Notes: generated by a model from the letters alone, not told the origin. Counted from the stretch's first letter, positions 40,917-51,740 are shown. The stretch: 64,000 bases of DNA from Fibrobacterales bacterium (GCA_051532035.1 JAOPTW010000013.1:32001-96000), one strand, 5' to 3'. Numbers and translations are program-made.

Positions 40917-41831
40917 TTATTTCTTAGCTTGTGCAGCTTTCTTTGCCATCTTTTTCTGGAGTCTCACCATCTTCTTCTCTTTAGAAGTCAACCCAACAAC
41001 TGGCGTTGAGCGTGGACGTTTCTTTTCATCTTCAGGGTTAAAGTAGCGTCTTTTTGAAGAGAGCTTTTCTTCTCCATTTCTATAGCGTGCACTTTCCATA
41101 ACGCGACCTTTGTAAGGACCCGATACCCAGTAGGCTACATACTTACCGTGGATTTTACCATCAGTATAGGGAATTCTTGATGAAAGTACGCCATTAAATT
41201 GACAGTCATACCAGCGTTCAGTTTTAATCTGTTTGCCTTCTTTCCAGTGTCGTTCGTGACCGATGAGATGCTTTCCGTTGTTTTTTGCATCAAAACACCA
41301 CTCACTCTCTTTACCGTCTTTGTTACCCGCAATCCAACTCGTTTGGATTTTGAGTTCTCCATCGGCAAACCACTCAGATTCAATGCCATCTTTTAGACCA
41401 TTTGTGAATTGGGCCTCGTATACTTTACTGCCACTATTAGTCCATTCAGTTTTAGTGCCGGCCATTTTGCCATTTTCCCATTGGCTCACACTCTTTTCCT
41501 TACTATTGGGGTGCCACCAGATCTCTTCACCGTGCTTAACACCATTTATATAGGTGAGTTGACGCTCTTTTTTGTCTTTTGCGAACCAATAGGTAGCCAC
41601 ACTATCGAGGAGTCCTTCATTGTATTTTTCAATCTTCATAACAGCGCCACGACGGCTCCACTCTGTTAAGAGTCCGTGTTTAATCTCTTTCCCTGCTTCA
41701 GTTGTTTTAGTAGTGTACTGCTTTTTAATTTGACTACTATTTTTATACAACTCTTCAACAGTTGAGTTACCACATCCTATTATGAGAAAAAAGGATAACG
41801 AAATTGCAGTAGTGGCAAATGCTTTGATCAT
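40917..41831 (-). CDS. MORN-variant repeat (YwqK-like) lipoprotein
   Basis: Lipobox IIGC; repeated GxxxGxxxEW units; Lys-rich tail; ATG 41831 preferred. Confidence 0.85.
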   Translation of the reverse strand: MIKAFATTAISLSFFLIIGCGNSTVEELYKNSSQIKKQYTTKTTEAGKEIKHGLLTEWSRRGAVMKIEKYNEGLLDSVATYWFAKDKKERQLTYINGVKHGEEIWWHPNSKEKSVSQWENGKMAGTKTEWTNSGSKVYEAQFTNGLKDGIESEWFADGELKIQTSWIAGNKDGKESEWCFDAKNNGKHLIGHERHWKEGKQIKTERWYDCQFNGVLSSRIPYTDGKIHGKYVAYWVSGPYKGRVMESARYRNGEEKLSSKRRYFNPEDEKKRPRSTPVVGLTSKEKKMVRLQKKMAKKAAQAKK

Positions 41832-41959
41832 GGTCTTCCTGTGTGTGTGTGGTGATTTGTTTGAGATTAATATATATAAAAAATGCACCATGCGCTCTAA
41901 ATGAAGCAGTTTTATCCATTATTAATTAATTTTGGGCACGTATAAGGAGGCACTCGAGC

Positions 41960-42883
41960 GTGGCACATTCAGACAGACAAGAAAAGATAAGCATTATCCT
42001 GACCGTGATCGGCACCATTTTATTTTCGAGTAAAGTGCTTCTTGCGAAATGGGCCTATCTTCATGGCGCATCGCCATTGACTGTGCTTATGCTCCGGATG
42101 GCATCAGCTGCTCCTTTCTACCTCGTTATCGGCATTATTGCGAGTCAGCGAGCGAAAAGTACTATCACCAAGAAGGAGTGGTTCACTCTTCTTTTCTTGG
42201 GAATCATCGGGTATTATCTATCCAGTTTTATGGACTTTACTGGTATGCAGTATATTAGCTCGGGGCTCGAGCGCATGATACTCTACCTCTACCCTACCTT
42301 TGTCTTTATTATTTCCGTTGGTATTCTTAAACAAAAGATTACGCGAAGAGTTCTCATCGCCCTTATTATCAGTTATGCAGGCATCCTCTGTATGTTTTTT
42401 GGCGATGTCAATTTTGATAATAGTGACCAACTCTTTGGATCGCTCCTTATCGTGAGTGCAGCATTTACCTTTGCCATATTCCTAGTGGTTGGCGGTAAGC
42501 TCATTAAGAAAATTGGCAGTATCCGATTTACCTCGTATGCAATGCTCACTTCGGCAGTTTCTCTTATTGCTCATTTCACCATTGCTTCACCCATTGATTT
42601 TGCTGAAATTTCGACAGAAGTACTCCTTATCGGGAGTGCTATTGGAGCAGGCTGTACGGTTCTCCCCTCTTTTATGATCAACAGAGGCCTTGCTGAGCTC
42701 GGTCCAGAGCGAGTTTCTATTTATGGGGCTGTAGGTCCGGTTACGGTACTTATACTCGGGAGTCTGGTATATGGTGAAGCTTTTACGGCTTTAAAAATTG
42801 TGGGAGCGATACTCGTGATCCTTGGTGGAGTTACCCTTTCGGTTAAGAGGTTTGGTAAGAATAAACCCAAAGAAGTAGCCTAA
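41960..42883 (+). CDS. DMT/EamA family transporter
   Basis: About ten TM helices, SSGLERMILYLYPTFV; AAGGAGG RBS. Confidence 0.93.
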   Translation: MAHSDRQEKISIILTVIGTILFSSKVLLAKWAYLHGASPLTVLMLRMASAAPFYLVIGIIASQRAKSTITKKEWFTLLFLGIIGYYLSSFMDFTGMQYISSGLERMILYLYPTFVFIISVGILKQKITRRVLIALIISYAGILCMFFGDVNFDNSDQLFGSLLIVSAAFTFAIFLVVGGKLIKKIGSIRFTSYAMLTSAVSLIAHFTIASPIDFAEISTEVLLIGSAIGAGCTVLPSFMINRGLAELGPERVSIYGAVGPVTVLILGSLVYGEAFTALKIVGAILVILGGVTLSVKRFGKNKPKEVA

Positions 42884-42927
42884 TCATTCAATGCATGCTT
42901 ACCTAGGGTAAACACCACTAATTCTCT

Positions 42928-42950
42928 ATTGTAATGCTCTATTTTACAAT
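42928..42950. promoter_or_regulatory. Palindromic putative operator TTGTAA-N9-TTACAA upstream of the large GH5 gene
   Basis: ATTGTAATGCTCTATTTTACAAT. Confidence 0.5.
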
Positions 42951-43229
42951 GCACACTGTACGACTCGGTAAATAGTTGTCTACAAAGCCCCTCTCCTCTA
43001 TTAAATGAAAAGTTCTGTTGTATCTTTGCAGACAGCACTACGTTTGGGACACGCGGTTAGAAGTAGCAATACACACACATACATATCATTGCTTTATATT
43101 GAGATACAGAGTATCCTCATTATTCACTTCTATCCAATGCTGTATTTTACTTAATGATTACTATTCTCGTTTAGTGAGATACTCTATGCATACGACGAGT
43201 GCATTACAATAATATATAAGGAGAAAACT

Positions 43230-46200
43230 TTGAAACTATTCAAAACAGTGATTGCAGCACTCTTAGTTCTGGGCATAACAGGAGCACTCGCAAAACCCCG
43301 TCTACAGAGTTGCGGCAAAGACATCTGTGATTCAGATGGTAATGTTGTCGTATTGAGAGGCGTTGCTATTGCAGATGCAAAATTTACAGCAACAAACGTC
43401 AATACCGTAGAAGGTCATTATAGTAATGACTTAACAAACACACCGACCAATCAGCTTCGCGCTACCCTTCGTCTTGCATCAGATGCATCAAAGGGTTGGC
43501 ACTCGAACATTATTCGTATTCCAGTACATGTCGATGATATGGGATGGGGGTTCGGTGGTTGGAACAATGACCCTGATGGTTGGACTGCATTTATTGATGC
43601 AGCTGTTGATGAATGTGTTCTCCAAGATATTTATTGTCTTATTGATTACCACTCAACCAATAACTGGAACTACTTTCTCTCAAATATAGATGCAACAAAA
43701 CTATTTTGGGGATGGGCTGCCAATCGGTATGGCGACAATCCCAATGTACTCTTTGAACTTTTTAACGAGCCAGTATCTGACCTCGATAATCATGTTTGGC
43801 CAGGAGGATCATCTGGTGGCAGCATTCTTTGGGATGATTTCAAAGATGATCTCGCACAACCACTCGTAGAATATATCCGTAATGATGTCGGCGCTACCGA
43901 AACTTTTCTCGTTGTAGGCAGCCCGGTATATACTCATGAACTCTCTGGCATTAACAGCAATCCAATACAAGACCCTGCTCCTGAAGAACGTATTGGCTAT
44001 GCACTCCATATTTATGGATCTCACTGGAAAGGTGACCCATCGCTCAACGCATACGTTGGATCAACCATAAATAACTTCCCTATTATAGTAACTGAATTTG
44101 GTTATGAAGTTGGCGCCCCGTGCCCTATCGAAGATTGCACCACAACTGACCCTATCGATCAGGATGCTTATGGTGTTGCTCTTAAAAATTATATTAAAGC
44201 CAATAACTTGAGCTTTACTGCTTGGGTATTTGATAATAGTTTTAGACCCATTATGTTTGAAGATGATCAGTTTACCGTATTGGCTGAAGGTCCTGGCTAT
44301 ATGGGACGCTACACTAAAGACTTTTTGAATGAAGAGAAAGACAACAATCAGACCTGTGATCCTTGTGACGCTCCGGGTAGACCAACTGGTTATGCGGGTG
44401 ACGATCAGACTCTGTTTGATACTGATGGTGCTGCTGGTGAAGTAGTTCAATTTACAGGTGTTGCATCTGATGATGATGGACATATTGTAAGTTATCAGTG
44501 GAAAGATAATGGCGTAACGGTTTCGACATCTCAAAACCCTGTACTTTCTCTTACTGAGGGAATTCACACTATCAGATTGAAAATAACTGATAATGATGGT
44601 AATACTCATAGATCTTATGCTCGTATCACTATCCCATCATTTACCAATGAATCATGTGAAAACCAATTAGACAATGGCAATTTTTCTACCGGTTCTGCTG
44701 GTTGGAACAATTGGGTTGATGAGACTGGTGCAAATGCAACGTTTAGCACTGACAACAATGAACTCTATGCAAATATCGCAACTGCAGGTGCAAACTGGCA
44801 GATTCAATACTGGAACAGTACTGATATTTGGAGCAATACTCGCTATATCGTAAAATATAGTGCACGTGCGACCTCAAATCGTGATATTGAGTTTATGATA
44901 GAGCAAGATGGTGCGCCATACGCAAGTATCAATTCACGAGTACACTCTGTGACAACCTCTATGCGTGACTACTCTCATACGTTTACTTCAGCGAGTGCGT
45001 ATACTCAAGCTAAAGTTGGTTTTAAATTTGGTGGACGCGGTACTTCTGACGTAATCATAGACAATGTAGTCTTTGCTGTTGAAAGTAGCTGTGGTAACGG
45101 TGATACAGAAAACCCAACCATTCCTTCAAACCTCTCTGCAGTACTTACCGGTACATCTGCTGCACTCCTAACTTGGAGCTCATCATCAGACAACAATGCA
45201 GTTGCTGGCTATGGTATCTATGTAAATGGTGTACTCAAAAAATCTGTTGGTCCTATCACAACGACCAGTATCACCGGGCTTGCTGTTGGTACGACCCATT
45301 CAATAACTATTGTTGCTATTGATGCTGCAAGCAACCGTTCAGCTCAGAGCGCTGCTGTTGAAATCACAACAGCGGGTGACGAAGAAGCGCCTACGGTACC
45401 AACAAATGTAAATCCTGTTGCTATGGGTCCGAATAGCGTTACGGTTACATGGGCTGCTTCAAGCGACAATATTGGTGTGGTAAGCTACGATGTTTTTGTT
45501 GATGGATTGCTTGACCAATCAGTAACTACTGCTTCGGCAACTATTGAACAACTCACTCCAGAGACTGAATATACCATTACCGTTAAAGCAATTGATGCTG
45601 CAGGAAACCAATCAGCAGTCAGTGTTGCGGCAACCGTAACTACAGATGCTCCTGCAGACACTGAAGCGCCAACGGCACCAACAGCTACAATTGCTACCGC
45701 AACGGGTATGTATTCAATCAACCTTGATTGGAATGTTTCAACAGATAACATTGGCGTTGTAGGCTATGATGTGTACCAAGGTAATGATTTACTCATAAGT
45801 CTTGGTACGGTAACGTCATACGAGATTACTGATCTACTACACAATAGCATGTATACTTTTTATGTTGTTGCAAAAGATGCGGCAGGAAATATCTCTGTGG
45901 CAAGTGCTACTGCTATGGCAACCACAAATGATGATACCGAAGCACCGACTGCCCCAACATCAGTAACTACTTCGGCAACCGGTACTACATCAATCTCTGT
46001 CTCATGGACAGCATCTACTGACAATATCGGTGTTGATGTTTATGAAATATATGTTGATGGTGTTTTGAATAAAATAGTAACAACTGCTGCTTCTACCTCA
46101 GTAACAGGTCTTACAGAAGAGACTTCTTATGTTATTACCGTGATTGCACTTGATGCAGCGGGTAACAAATCGGCAGTAAGTAATGCGGCTTCTGTAACCA

Positions 46201-47936
46201 CAGATACACCTCCAGACACTGAGGCTCCAACAGCACCAACATCGACTATTGCTACCGCAACGGGCATGCATTCAATTAATCTTGAGTGGAATGCTTCATC
46301 AGACAACATTGGTGTTGTAGGGTATGATGTGTATACGCATAATGAATTACTCGTCAGTCTTGGAACAGTAACATCATACGAGGTTACGGGCTTACTTCAT
46401 AACACACGATATGAGTATCATGTTATTGCTAAAGACGCTGCTGGAAACTTTTCTGTAGCAAGTACTATCGCTATAGCAAACACTGATACCGATACAGAAG
46501 CACCAACGGTTCCATCTTCTGTTACAGGAGAGGCAACGAGCGCTACGTCCCTATCACTATCTTGGGCAGTGTCAACAGACAATGTTGGAGTATATGGGTA
46601 TAATGTATTTGTAAATGGTGTATATTCTCAGACTGTTGGTCCCGAAACTGTCGCCTCTATTCAAGGCTTGGATGAAGATACTGAGTATGTTATTACATTA
46701 AATTCAGAAGATGCTGCGGGTAATCAATCTGCTGAAAGTACTCCAGTAGTTGTTACTACAGATGCTCAACCAACCCAAGCTGCTCTTCTTATTGAAGCAG
46801 AAGACTATTCATCTAAACATTCGTCAATTCAAACTGAAGGAACTGATGATGTTGGTGGTGGGCTTAATATTGGTTGGATTTCTACTGATAGATGGACTGA
46901 GTACAACAATCAAACGCTCGCTGAAGGGCTTTGGAAAGTTGAAGTGAGACACGCGACTTGGAGTACAAACCGATCAATTAATATTAAGGTTGATGGCGTA
47001 ACTAAGACGAACTACACTAAAGGCAGCAGTACGTATACCGGAAGTGGCAATCAATATCAGACTTGGAAAACCGGGACTTCTGATGTGTTTTCAATAGATA
47101 ATGGTGATATCCATACCGTTAAACTCACTTTTGGTAATGGAAGCCAGAATCTTAATTGGATTCGTTTCGTACCGGTCATTCCTGATACTGAAGCGCCAAG
47201 TACTGTTGTAGGGCTTGAGGTAACTGGCGTTACATCAAATGCAATCAGTCTTGACTGGAGTAGCGCAACTGATAATGTTGGCGTTATAGGGTATGATGTG
47301 TATCGTAATAACGTACTCTTTGCAACGACGACTAGCAGTAGTTATACCGCTGCCAGCCTTACAGCAGAAACAGCCTACAGCTTCAAAGTTAAAGCAAAGG
47401 ATGCTGAAGGTAATACCTCTGTTGCGTATAGTGCGAGCGTTACAGGAACAACTGATGCAGTACCAGCGATCAATATTTTGAACAATGGGGATTTCTCAAA
47501 TGGAACATCTGATTGGATGTGTAATATCTGGGGTGGCGCAGCCTCATGTTCAGTTTCAGGTGGCGCATATACTGTATCGATTTCTGACCCAGGAACATCT
47601 GATTGGAACATTCAGCCGTCTCAAGATAATTTTACATTACATAATGGCGTTACCTATACGTTCGCATTTGATGCCCGCGCTTCAGTGAATCGCATTGCAA
47701 AAATCAAAGTAGAGACTGATGGAAGCCCATGGAGCGATTATGCAGGTATTGGAAGTGGTTCATTGTTAGGGACAAGTATGGCGCGTTATAGCTATACATT
47801 CACTATGACTGAAACCGCTGATGCACGTATTGTTTTTAATCTTGGTGCAACAGGTACTAACAGTGTCTCTATTGACAACATTTGGCTTACCCAAGGGACA
47901 TCTGATCCTTGTAGTGGTCAAGTTGGCTGTCCATAA
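43230..47936 (+). CDS. Multimodular secreted GH5 (cellulase-like): GH5-PKD-CBM4/9-6xFN3-CBM6-FN3-CBM4/9
   Basis: AAGGAG RBS, TTG start, signal peptide; LIDYH, FELFNEP, VTEFG; seven D(T/E)E(A/N)P FN3 units; IEAEDY CBM6-like; two L.NG.F CBM4/9-like modules. Confidence 0.93.
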   Translation: MKLFKTVIAALLVLGITGALAKPRLQSCGKDICDSDGNVVVLRGVAIADAKFTATNVNTVEGHYSNDLTNTPTNQLRATLRLASDASKGWHSNIIRIPVHVDDMGWGFGGWNNDPDGWTAFIDAAVDECVLQDIYCLIDYHSTNNWNYFLSNIDATKLFWGWAANRYGDNPNVLFELFNEPVSDLDNHVWPGGSSGGSILWDDFKDDLAQPLVEYIRNDVGATETFLVVGSPVYTHELSGINSNPIQDPAPEERIGYALHIYGSHWKGDPSLNAYVGSTINNFPIIVTEFGYEVGAPCPIEDCTTTDPIDQDAYGVALKNYIKANNLSFTAWVFDNSFRPIMFEDDQFTVLAEGPGYMGRYTKDFLNEEKDNNQTCDPCDAPGRPTGYAGDDQTLFDTDGAAGEVVQFTGVASDDDGHIVSYQWKDNGVTVSTSQNPVLSLTEGIHTIRLKITDNDGNTHRSYARITIPSFTNESCENQLDNGNFSTGSAGWNNWVDETGANATFSTDNNELYANIATAGANWQIQYWNSTDIWSNTRYIVKYSARATSNRDIEFMIEQDGAPYASINSRVHSVTTSMRDYSHTFTSASAYTQAKVGFKFGGRGTSDVIIDNVVFAVESSCGNGDTENPTIPSNLSAVLTGTSAALLTWSSSSDNNAVAGYGIYVNGVLKKSVGPITTTSITGLAVGTTHSITIVAIDAASNRSAQSAAVEITTAGDEEAPTVPTNVNPVAMGPNSVTVTWAASSDNIGVVSYDVFVDGLLDQSVTTASATIEQLTPETEYTITVKAIDAAGNQSAVSVAATVTTDAPADTEAPTAPTATIATATGMYSINLDWNVSTDNIGVVGYDVYQGNDLLISLGTVTSYEITDLLHNSMYTFYVVAKDAAGNISVASATAMATTNDDTEAPTAPTSVTTSATGTTSISVSWTASTDNIGVDVYEIYVDGVLNKIVTTAASTSVTGLTEETSYVITVIALDAAGNKSAVSNAASVTTDTPPDTEAPTAPTSTIATATGMHSINLEWNASSDNIGVVGYDVYTHNELLVSLGTVTSYEVTGLLHNTRYEYHVIAKDAAGNFSVASTIAIANTDTDTEAPTVPSSVTGEATSATSLSLSWAVSTDNVGVYGYNVFVNGVYSQTVGPETVASIQGLDEDTEYVITLNSEDAAGNQSAESTPVVVTTDAQPTQAALLIEAEDYSSKHSSIQTEGTDDVGGGLNIGWISTDRWTEYNNQTLAEGLWKVEVRHATWSTNRSINIKVDGVTKTNYTKGSSTYTGSGNQYQTWKTGTSDVFSIDNGDIHTVKLTFGNGSQNLNWIRFVPVIPDTEAPSTVVGLEVTGVTSNAISLDWSSATDNVGVIGYDVYRNNVLFATTTSSSYTAASLTAETAYSFKVKAKDAEGNTSVAYSASVTGTTDAVPAINILNNGDFSNGTSDWMCNIWGGAASCSVSGGAYTVSISDPGTSDWNIQPSQDNFTLHNGVTYTFAFDARASVNRIAKIKVETDGSPWSDYAGIGSGSLLGTSMARYSYTFTMTETADARIVFNLGATGTNSVSIDNIWLTQGTSDPCSGQVGCP
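45101..46765 (+). repeat. Six tandem intragenic FN3 repeats (~279 bp period)
   Basis: Units 3 and 5 (45657, 46215; offset 558 bp) are strongly similar at DNA level. Confidence 0.9.
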
Positions 47937-47965
47937 GCTCAAACTAAGATCATATCATCAATTTC

Positions 47966-47999
47966 AAGGCTCTCTCACTCTGTGGGGGAGCCTTTTTTT
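47966..47999 (+). terminator. Intrinsic terminator
   Basis: AAGGCTCTCTCAC-TCT-GTGGGGGAGCC followed by T7. Confidence 0.88.
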
Positions 48000-48067
48000 A
48001 TGATGCTTCGTTATTATAAATCAAAAACGTCCAAATTTTGGCCAATCTGAGCCTCAATAAGCTCTAA

Positions 48068-48085
48068 CGGTTACAGGTGTAACCG
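48068..48085. promoter_or_regulatory. Perfect inverted repeat, putative operator
   Basis: CGGTTACA-GG-TGTAACCG. Confidence 0.45.
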
Positions 48086-48205
48086 AAAAGATGCAGATTT
48101 AAGGAAGCACGAATACGGTTTTTGTTGTTCCTATCTAAATTTATATACAAGAAATGGGATAGTACACACAAATACACTCACACCCCCATTCAATAAGGTA
48201 TAGAG

Positions 48206-48346
48206 ATGAAGATGAGAGAAATAAACACAACACGGGGATCACTAATGAATCAGATTGAAGAGACTTTTATGGATGTTGTTCCATACAGTATTTTTGGATT
48301 AATGCTTTTAGGCTTATCATACGTAAGTGTAACCACTGTATTATAA
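48206..48346 (+). CDS. Putative 46-aa small membrane protein
   Basis: MKMREINTTRGSLMNQIEETFMDVVPYSIFGLMLLGLSYVSVTTVL*, AAGGT upstream, hydrophobic C-terminal half; below the ORF-track cutoff. Confidence 0.5.
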   Translation: MKMREINTTRGSLMNQIEETFMDVVPYSIFGLMLLGLSYVSVTTVL

Positions 48347-48483
48347 ATAACATTGAAATTTGACCGTTTAAGCGGTATACTGAACAATTAGAACACAGGA
48401 GTATTGGTTGCCATCCTATAGAAATTGCACCATATTAATCTCTATGCTATACACATGATGCAGGGTAATCAATAGGCTTTATT

Positions 48484-50034
48484 ATGAATTGTATGAAAAA
48501 TATATTGTTGACTATAAGTATACTTTTATTTGCATGTTCATCTGATGGTGATGACGTTTCTGGTATTACTGATATTGAAACAGGTGGCCAAATTGCAGGA
48601 ACGATGTATACTGCGGATGGAAGTCCTGAAGCTGGAGTAACCGTTTCTCTCATATCTAATGGCTATAGCCCATTAATAGATAGCCTCAGCATTTTGCGAA
48701 AAAGTGTGGTTACCAATGCTGCTGGAGAATATACCTTTGATAATTTAGATAGTGGACTCTATGCAATCGAAGTGATTAATGATGTGGCCTCTACCGGTTT
48801 TTATAATCCTTCTCTTGTCGTGACACCCACGAGTAACGTGCAGTCATCAGATACCCTTCAGAATACCGGTACTGTTGTGATCACCTTACCGAAAAATGCA
48901 CTGACTGCAACTGGCACAGTGTATATTAAGAATTCTACTCGAGTGGGAATCGTCAGCTATTCAGAAGACTCAATACCGACTGTACTCATAGATAAGTTAC
49001 CCGCAGGAGTCTATCCAGAATTCTATGTTTCTGAGGGAGGCTCTACTCTTGGAGATCTATTGAATGTGGACACCATAGAGGTTATTCAAAACGACACCAA
49101 TTTTGTGACCCCAATAGAGAATGATGTTCCATTGAGTTCAGCTCTGAGTTCTAGCTTGAATTTTAGCCTGAGTTCAAGTTCATCTGAAACCATTGTATTG
49201 TCTTCGGCAGTCCCCTCTTCTTCCTCCGTAACTTTACAAGGGTTCTCATCAGCGAGTATTTCTTCTTCAAGTTATATACCATTAGATTCTACACCAGTAA
49301 ACTCTGTGCTTAATTTTAATGGCGAACCAGAGCATGTTAAAATAGAAAGTGACATGAACTATGATTGGCCGACCTATGGCATTACCTTCGAAACCTGGGT
49401 CATATGGGATGAAATGGATACAATTATACACTTGTTTCACTTATCTAATGGTCCCGATAATGACTATACTACCGTATTTGGAGCTCGGGCAGCAAGTGGA
49501 GCTTATAATTTAAGATATGCAATGACAAATACTGGACCTAATGACCCTGATAACCCATGGATGGTAGAAGAGGTTGATGGTGCTATAGTGTTGGGTGAAT
49601 GGATGCACGTAGCTCTCACAATAACCCCATCTGGCCTTATTTCATTTTATTACAATGGTGACCTTATCGATACAGCTGAGCGAGGCATTTATGCAAACCC
49701 TGATGCAGTCACTCGGTCGGTAAATTACCTCGGTAATAGCGCCGAAGACCGAGATGGTGTTTTTGATGGTCGTATGGATAATGCTCGAATCTGGAATAGA
49801 GCGCGTACTGCTGCAGAGATCAAAGATAATATGTATCATACAACCCAGCAATTAAGTGATACCACTCGACTCGTTCTCAGCTATGACTTTGTGTACAATC
49901 CTTTGCGGAGTAATATCGTAACTGATGGATCAGGCAATGGTAATGATGGTACGCTCCTTGATATGGCGGGTACGTTTGGTGCGGATGGTACTTGGATGCC
50001 ACAGGTTGATTTTGAGCAGGAAATTGGCCAGTAA
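48484..50034 (+). CDS. Lipoprotein with carboxypeptidase-regulatory-like N-domain, Ser-rich linker and LamG/ConA-like domain
   Basis: LFAC lipobox, TNAAGEYTFDNL, WMHVALT..YYNG..FDGRMDNARIWNRA. Confidence 0.85.
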   Translation: MNCMKNILLTISILLFACSSDGDDVSGITDIETGGQIAGTMYTADGSPEAGVTVSLISNGYSPLIDSLSILRKSVVTNAAGEYTFDNLDSGLYAIEVINDVASTGFYNPSLVVTPTSNVQSSDTLQNTGTVVITLPKNALTATGTVYIKNSTRVGIVSYSEDSIPTVLIDKLPAGVYPEFYVSEGGSTLGDLLNVDTIEVIQNDTNFVTPIENDVPLSSALSSSLNFSLSSSSSETIVLSSAVPSSSSVTLQGFSSASISSSSYIPLDSTPVNSVLNFNGEPEHVKIESDMNYDWPTYGITFETWVIWDEMDTIIHLFHLSNGPDNDYTTVFGARAASGAYNLRYAMTNTGPNDPDNPWMVEEVDGAIVLGEWMHVALTITPSGLISFYYNGDLIDTAERGIYANPDAVTRSVNYLGNSAEDRDGVFDGRMDNARIWNRARTAAEIKDNMYHTTQQLSDTTRLVLSYDFVYNPLRSNIVTDGSGNGNDGTLLDMAGTFGADGTWMPQVDFEQEIGQ

Positions 50035-50279
50035 ATATACCACTGTGATCTCTTTCTACAGAGGGCTACAATCATAGTCAATAATGCCGTAGGTATAGGT
50101 TCTCACAGTATGTAATCTCTTTAAATACACTTTCAGCAAACTCCTCAACGAGATAATGCTCCCTGAAAAAGAGCGGATATGAGCCTAGAGCACTCCAAAA
50201 CAGTATTGAGGAACCTATCTTAGCTATAGAGACATGAGGGAGTGATCTGTTTGCAGGTCGAAACTGAAAGGATATATCT

Positions 50280-51740
50280 ATGAAAAAGCTAATAATGGTA
50301 TTTGGAATACTGTCACTGTTCGTCAACTGCATCTTTGATTCTACTCAGGACAGCTCTGAACAGTCCGATCAAGTTGAATCAAGTCAGGCCCAAGATTCGA
50401 GCGTACTTCCTCAACAGGATGGTAATAGCTCTGAACTTGCGTCAAGTTCTGCAGAAGTAACAATGCTCTCGTCAAATATTGAAGGAGTAGAAAGCTCTTC
50501 TTTAAGTGTTGCAATGAGTTCATCTGAAACAGAAGGAGTAGAGGTATCCTCTTCAGGTGCAGAAGCATCATCAGAATCAGGAGCTGCAACGCAACCAGAA
50601 ATAACAGGGACCTATAATATTGTCGATACCGGACAAAACACCTTTTTTGATGATAAAAGTGCCATTGAGGAGCCCACTATTAATAACGCTTTGTATGGTC
50701 AGGATGCGCACCATACTGGGCATCAACCATCATATACCGACAATGGTGATGGTACCGTTACCGATAATGTTACAGGCCTCATGTGGCAGCAAGAATTTAC
50801 TGTTATGACCTATAGTGATGCGGTAGCAGCAGCAATAGCTCTTGACCTGAGTGGCCACACTGATTGGCGAGTGCCTACCATTAAAGAAGCATATTCGCTG
50901 ATACTGTTTAGTGGCAAAGATGTGAGTGGGCCTGATGACAGTACTGTTCCCAGTGGTGCGGTTCCCTTTATTGATTCATCATATTTCGACTTTGCCTATG
51001 GGGCAAATGGTACTCGGATAATTGATACTCAGATACTCTCATCAACTATTTATTCAGGGCTTACCATGGGCCGAGATGCGACAGTGTTTGGGGTAAATGT
51101 AGCTGATGGTAGAATTAAGGGGTACCCCCTGACAATGATGGGTCAAGATAAAGAGTATACGGTACGGTTTGTACGGGGTAATACTGAATATGGCATTAAT
51201 GCATTTACTGATAATTTAGATGGAACCATTAGTGACCACGCAACGGGCTTAATGTGGCAGCAAGCGGATAGCGAATCGGGTATGAACTGGGAAGAAGCCT
51301 TAGAATACGCTGCACAGAAAAACAGTGAGAATTATCTAGGACAGAGTGATTGGCGCGTACCCAATGCAAAAGAGTTGCACAGTATTGTCGACTATACCCG
51401 TTCACCTCAAGAAACCAATAGTGCCGCTATCGACCCTCTTTTTCAAGTATCAGAGATACAGGATGAAGGGAGCGAAACAAATTATCCATTCTATTGGTCA
51501 TCAACAACACATCAAAATATGATGAGTAGTGGTAATGCTGCCTATTTCTCATTTGGCGAAGCACTAGGATTTTTCGCAGACCCATTCTCAGGTACTGTAA
51601 ATTTATTGGATGTCCATGGTGCTGGTGCTCAAAGAAGTGACCCAAAGACAGGAAACCCAGCAGATTGGCCAGAAGGTCATGGTCCGCAAGGAGATGTTAT
51701 TCGTATCTATAATTATGTGCGCTTAGTAAGGGATATGTAA
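50280..51740 (+). CDS. DUF1566 (Lcl C-terminal) domain lipoprotein
   Basis: Two DNxDGTxxDxxTGLMWQ...DWRVPxxKE units; Ser-rich linker. Confidence 0.88.
   Translation: MKKLIMVFGILSLFVNCIFDSTQDSSEQSDQVESSQAQDSSVLPQQDGNSSELASSSAEVTMLSSNIEGVESSSLSVAMSSSETEGVEVSSSGAEASSESGAATQPEITGTYNIVDTGQNTFFDDKSAIEEPTINNALYGQDAHHTGHQPSYTDNGDGTVTDNVTGLMWQQEFTVMTYSDAVAAAIALDLSGHTDWRVPTIKEAYSLILFSGKDVSGPDDSTVPSGAVPFIDSSYFDFAYGANGTRIIDTQILSSTIYSGLTMGRDATVFGVNVADGRIKGYPLTMMGQDKEYTVRFVRGNTEYGINAFTDNLDGTISDHATGLMWQQADSESGMNWEEALEYAAQKNSENYLGQSDWRVPNAKELHSIVDYTRSPQETNSAAIDPLFQVSEIQDEGSETNYPFYWSSTTHQNMMSSGNAAYFSFGEALGFFADPFSGTVNLLDVHGAGAQRSDPKTGNPADWPEGHGPQGDVIRIYNYVRLVRDM

Noticed and set aside
40917..41831. Toxin-antitoxin system suggested by YwqK-like repeats
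   Set aside because: No adjacent toxin; MORN-variant repeats are widespread in lipoproteins
45101..46765. CRISPR-like or mobile repeat array
   Set aside because: In-frame FN3 coding repeats with no spacers or cas genes; likewise the TSP3 repeats at 63049-63636
50140..50279. Riboswitch in the leader of the DUF1566 gene
   Set aside because: No riboswitch consensus or convincing stems recognised by eye; an Rfam scan would be needed
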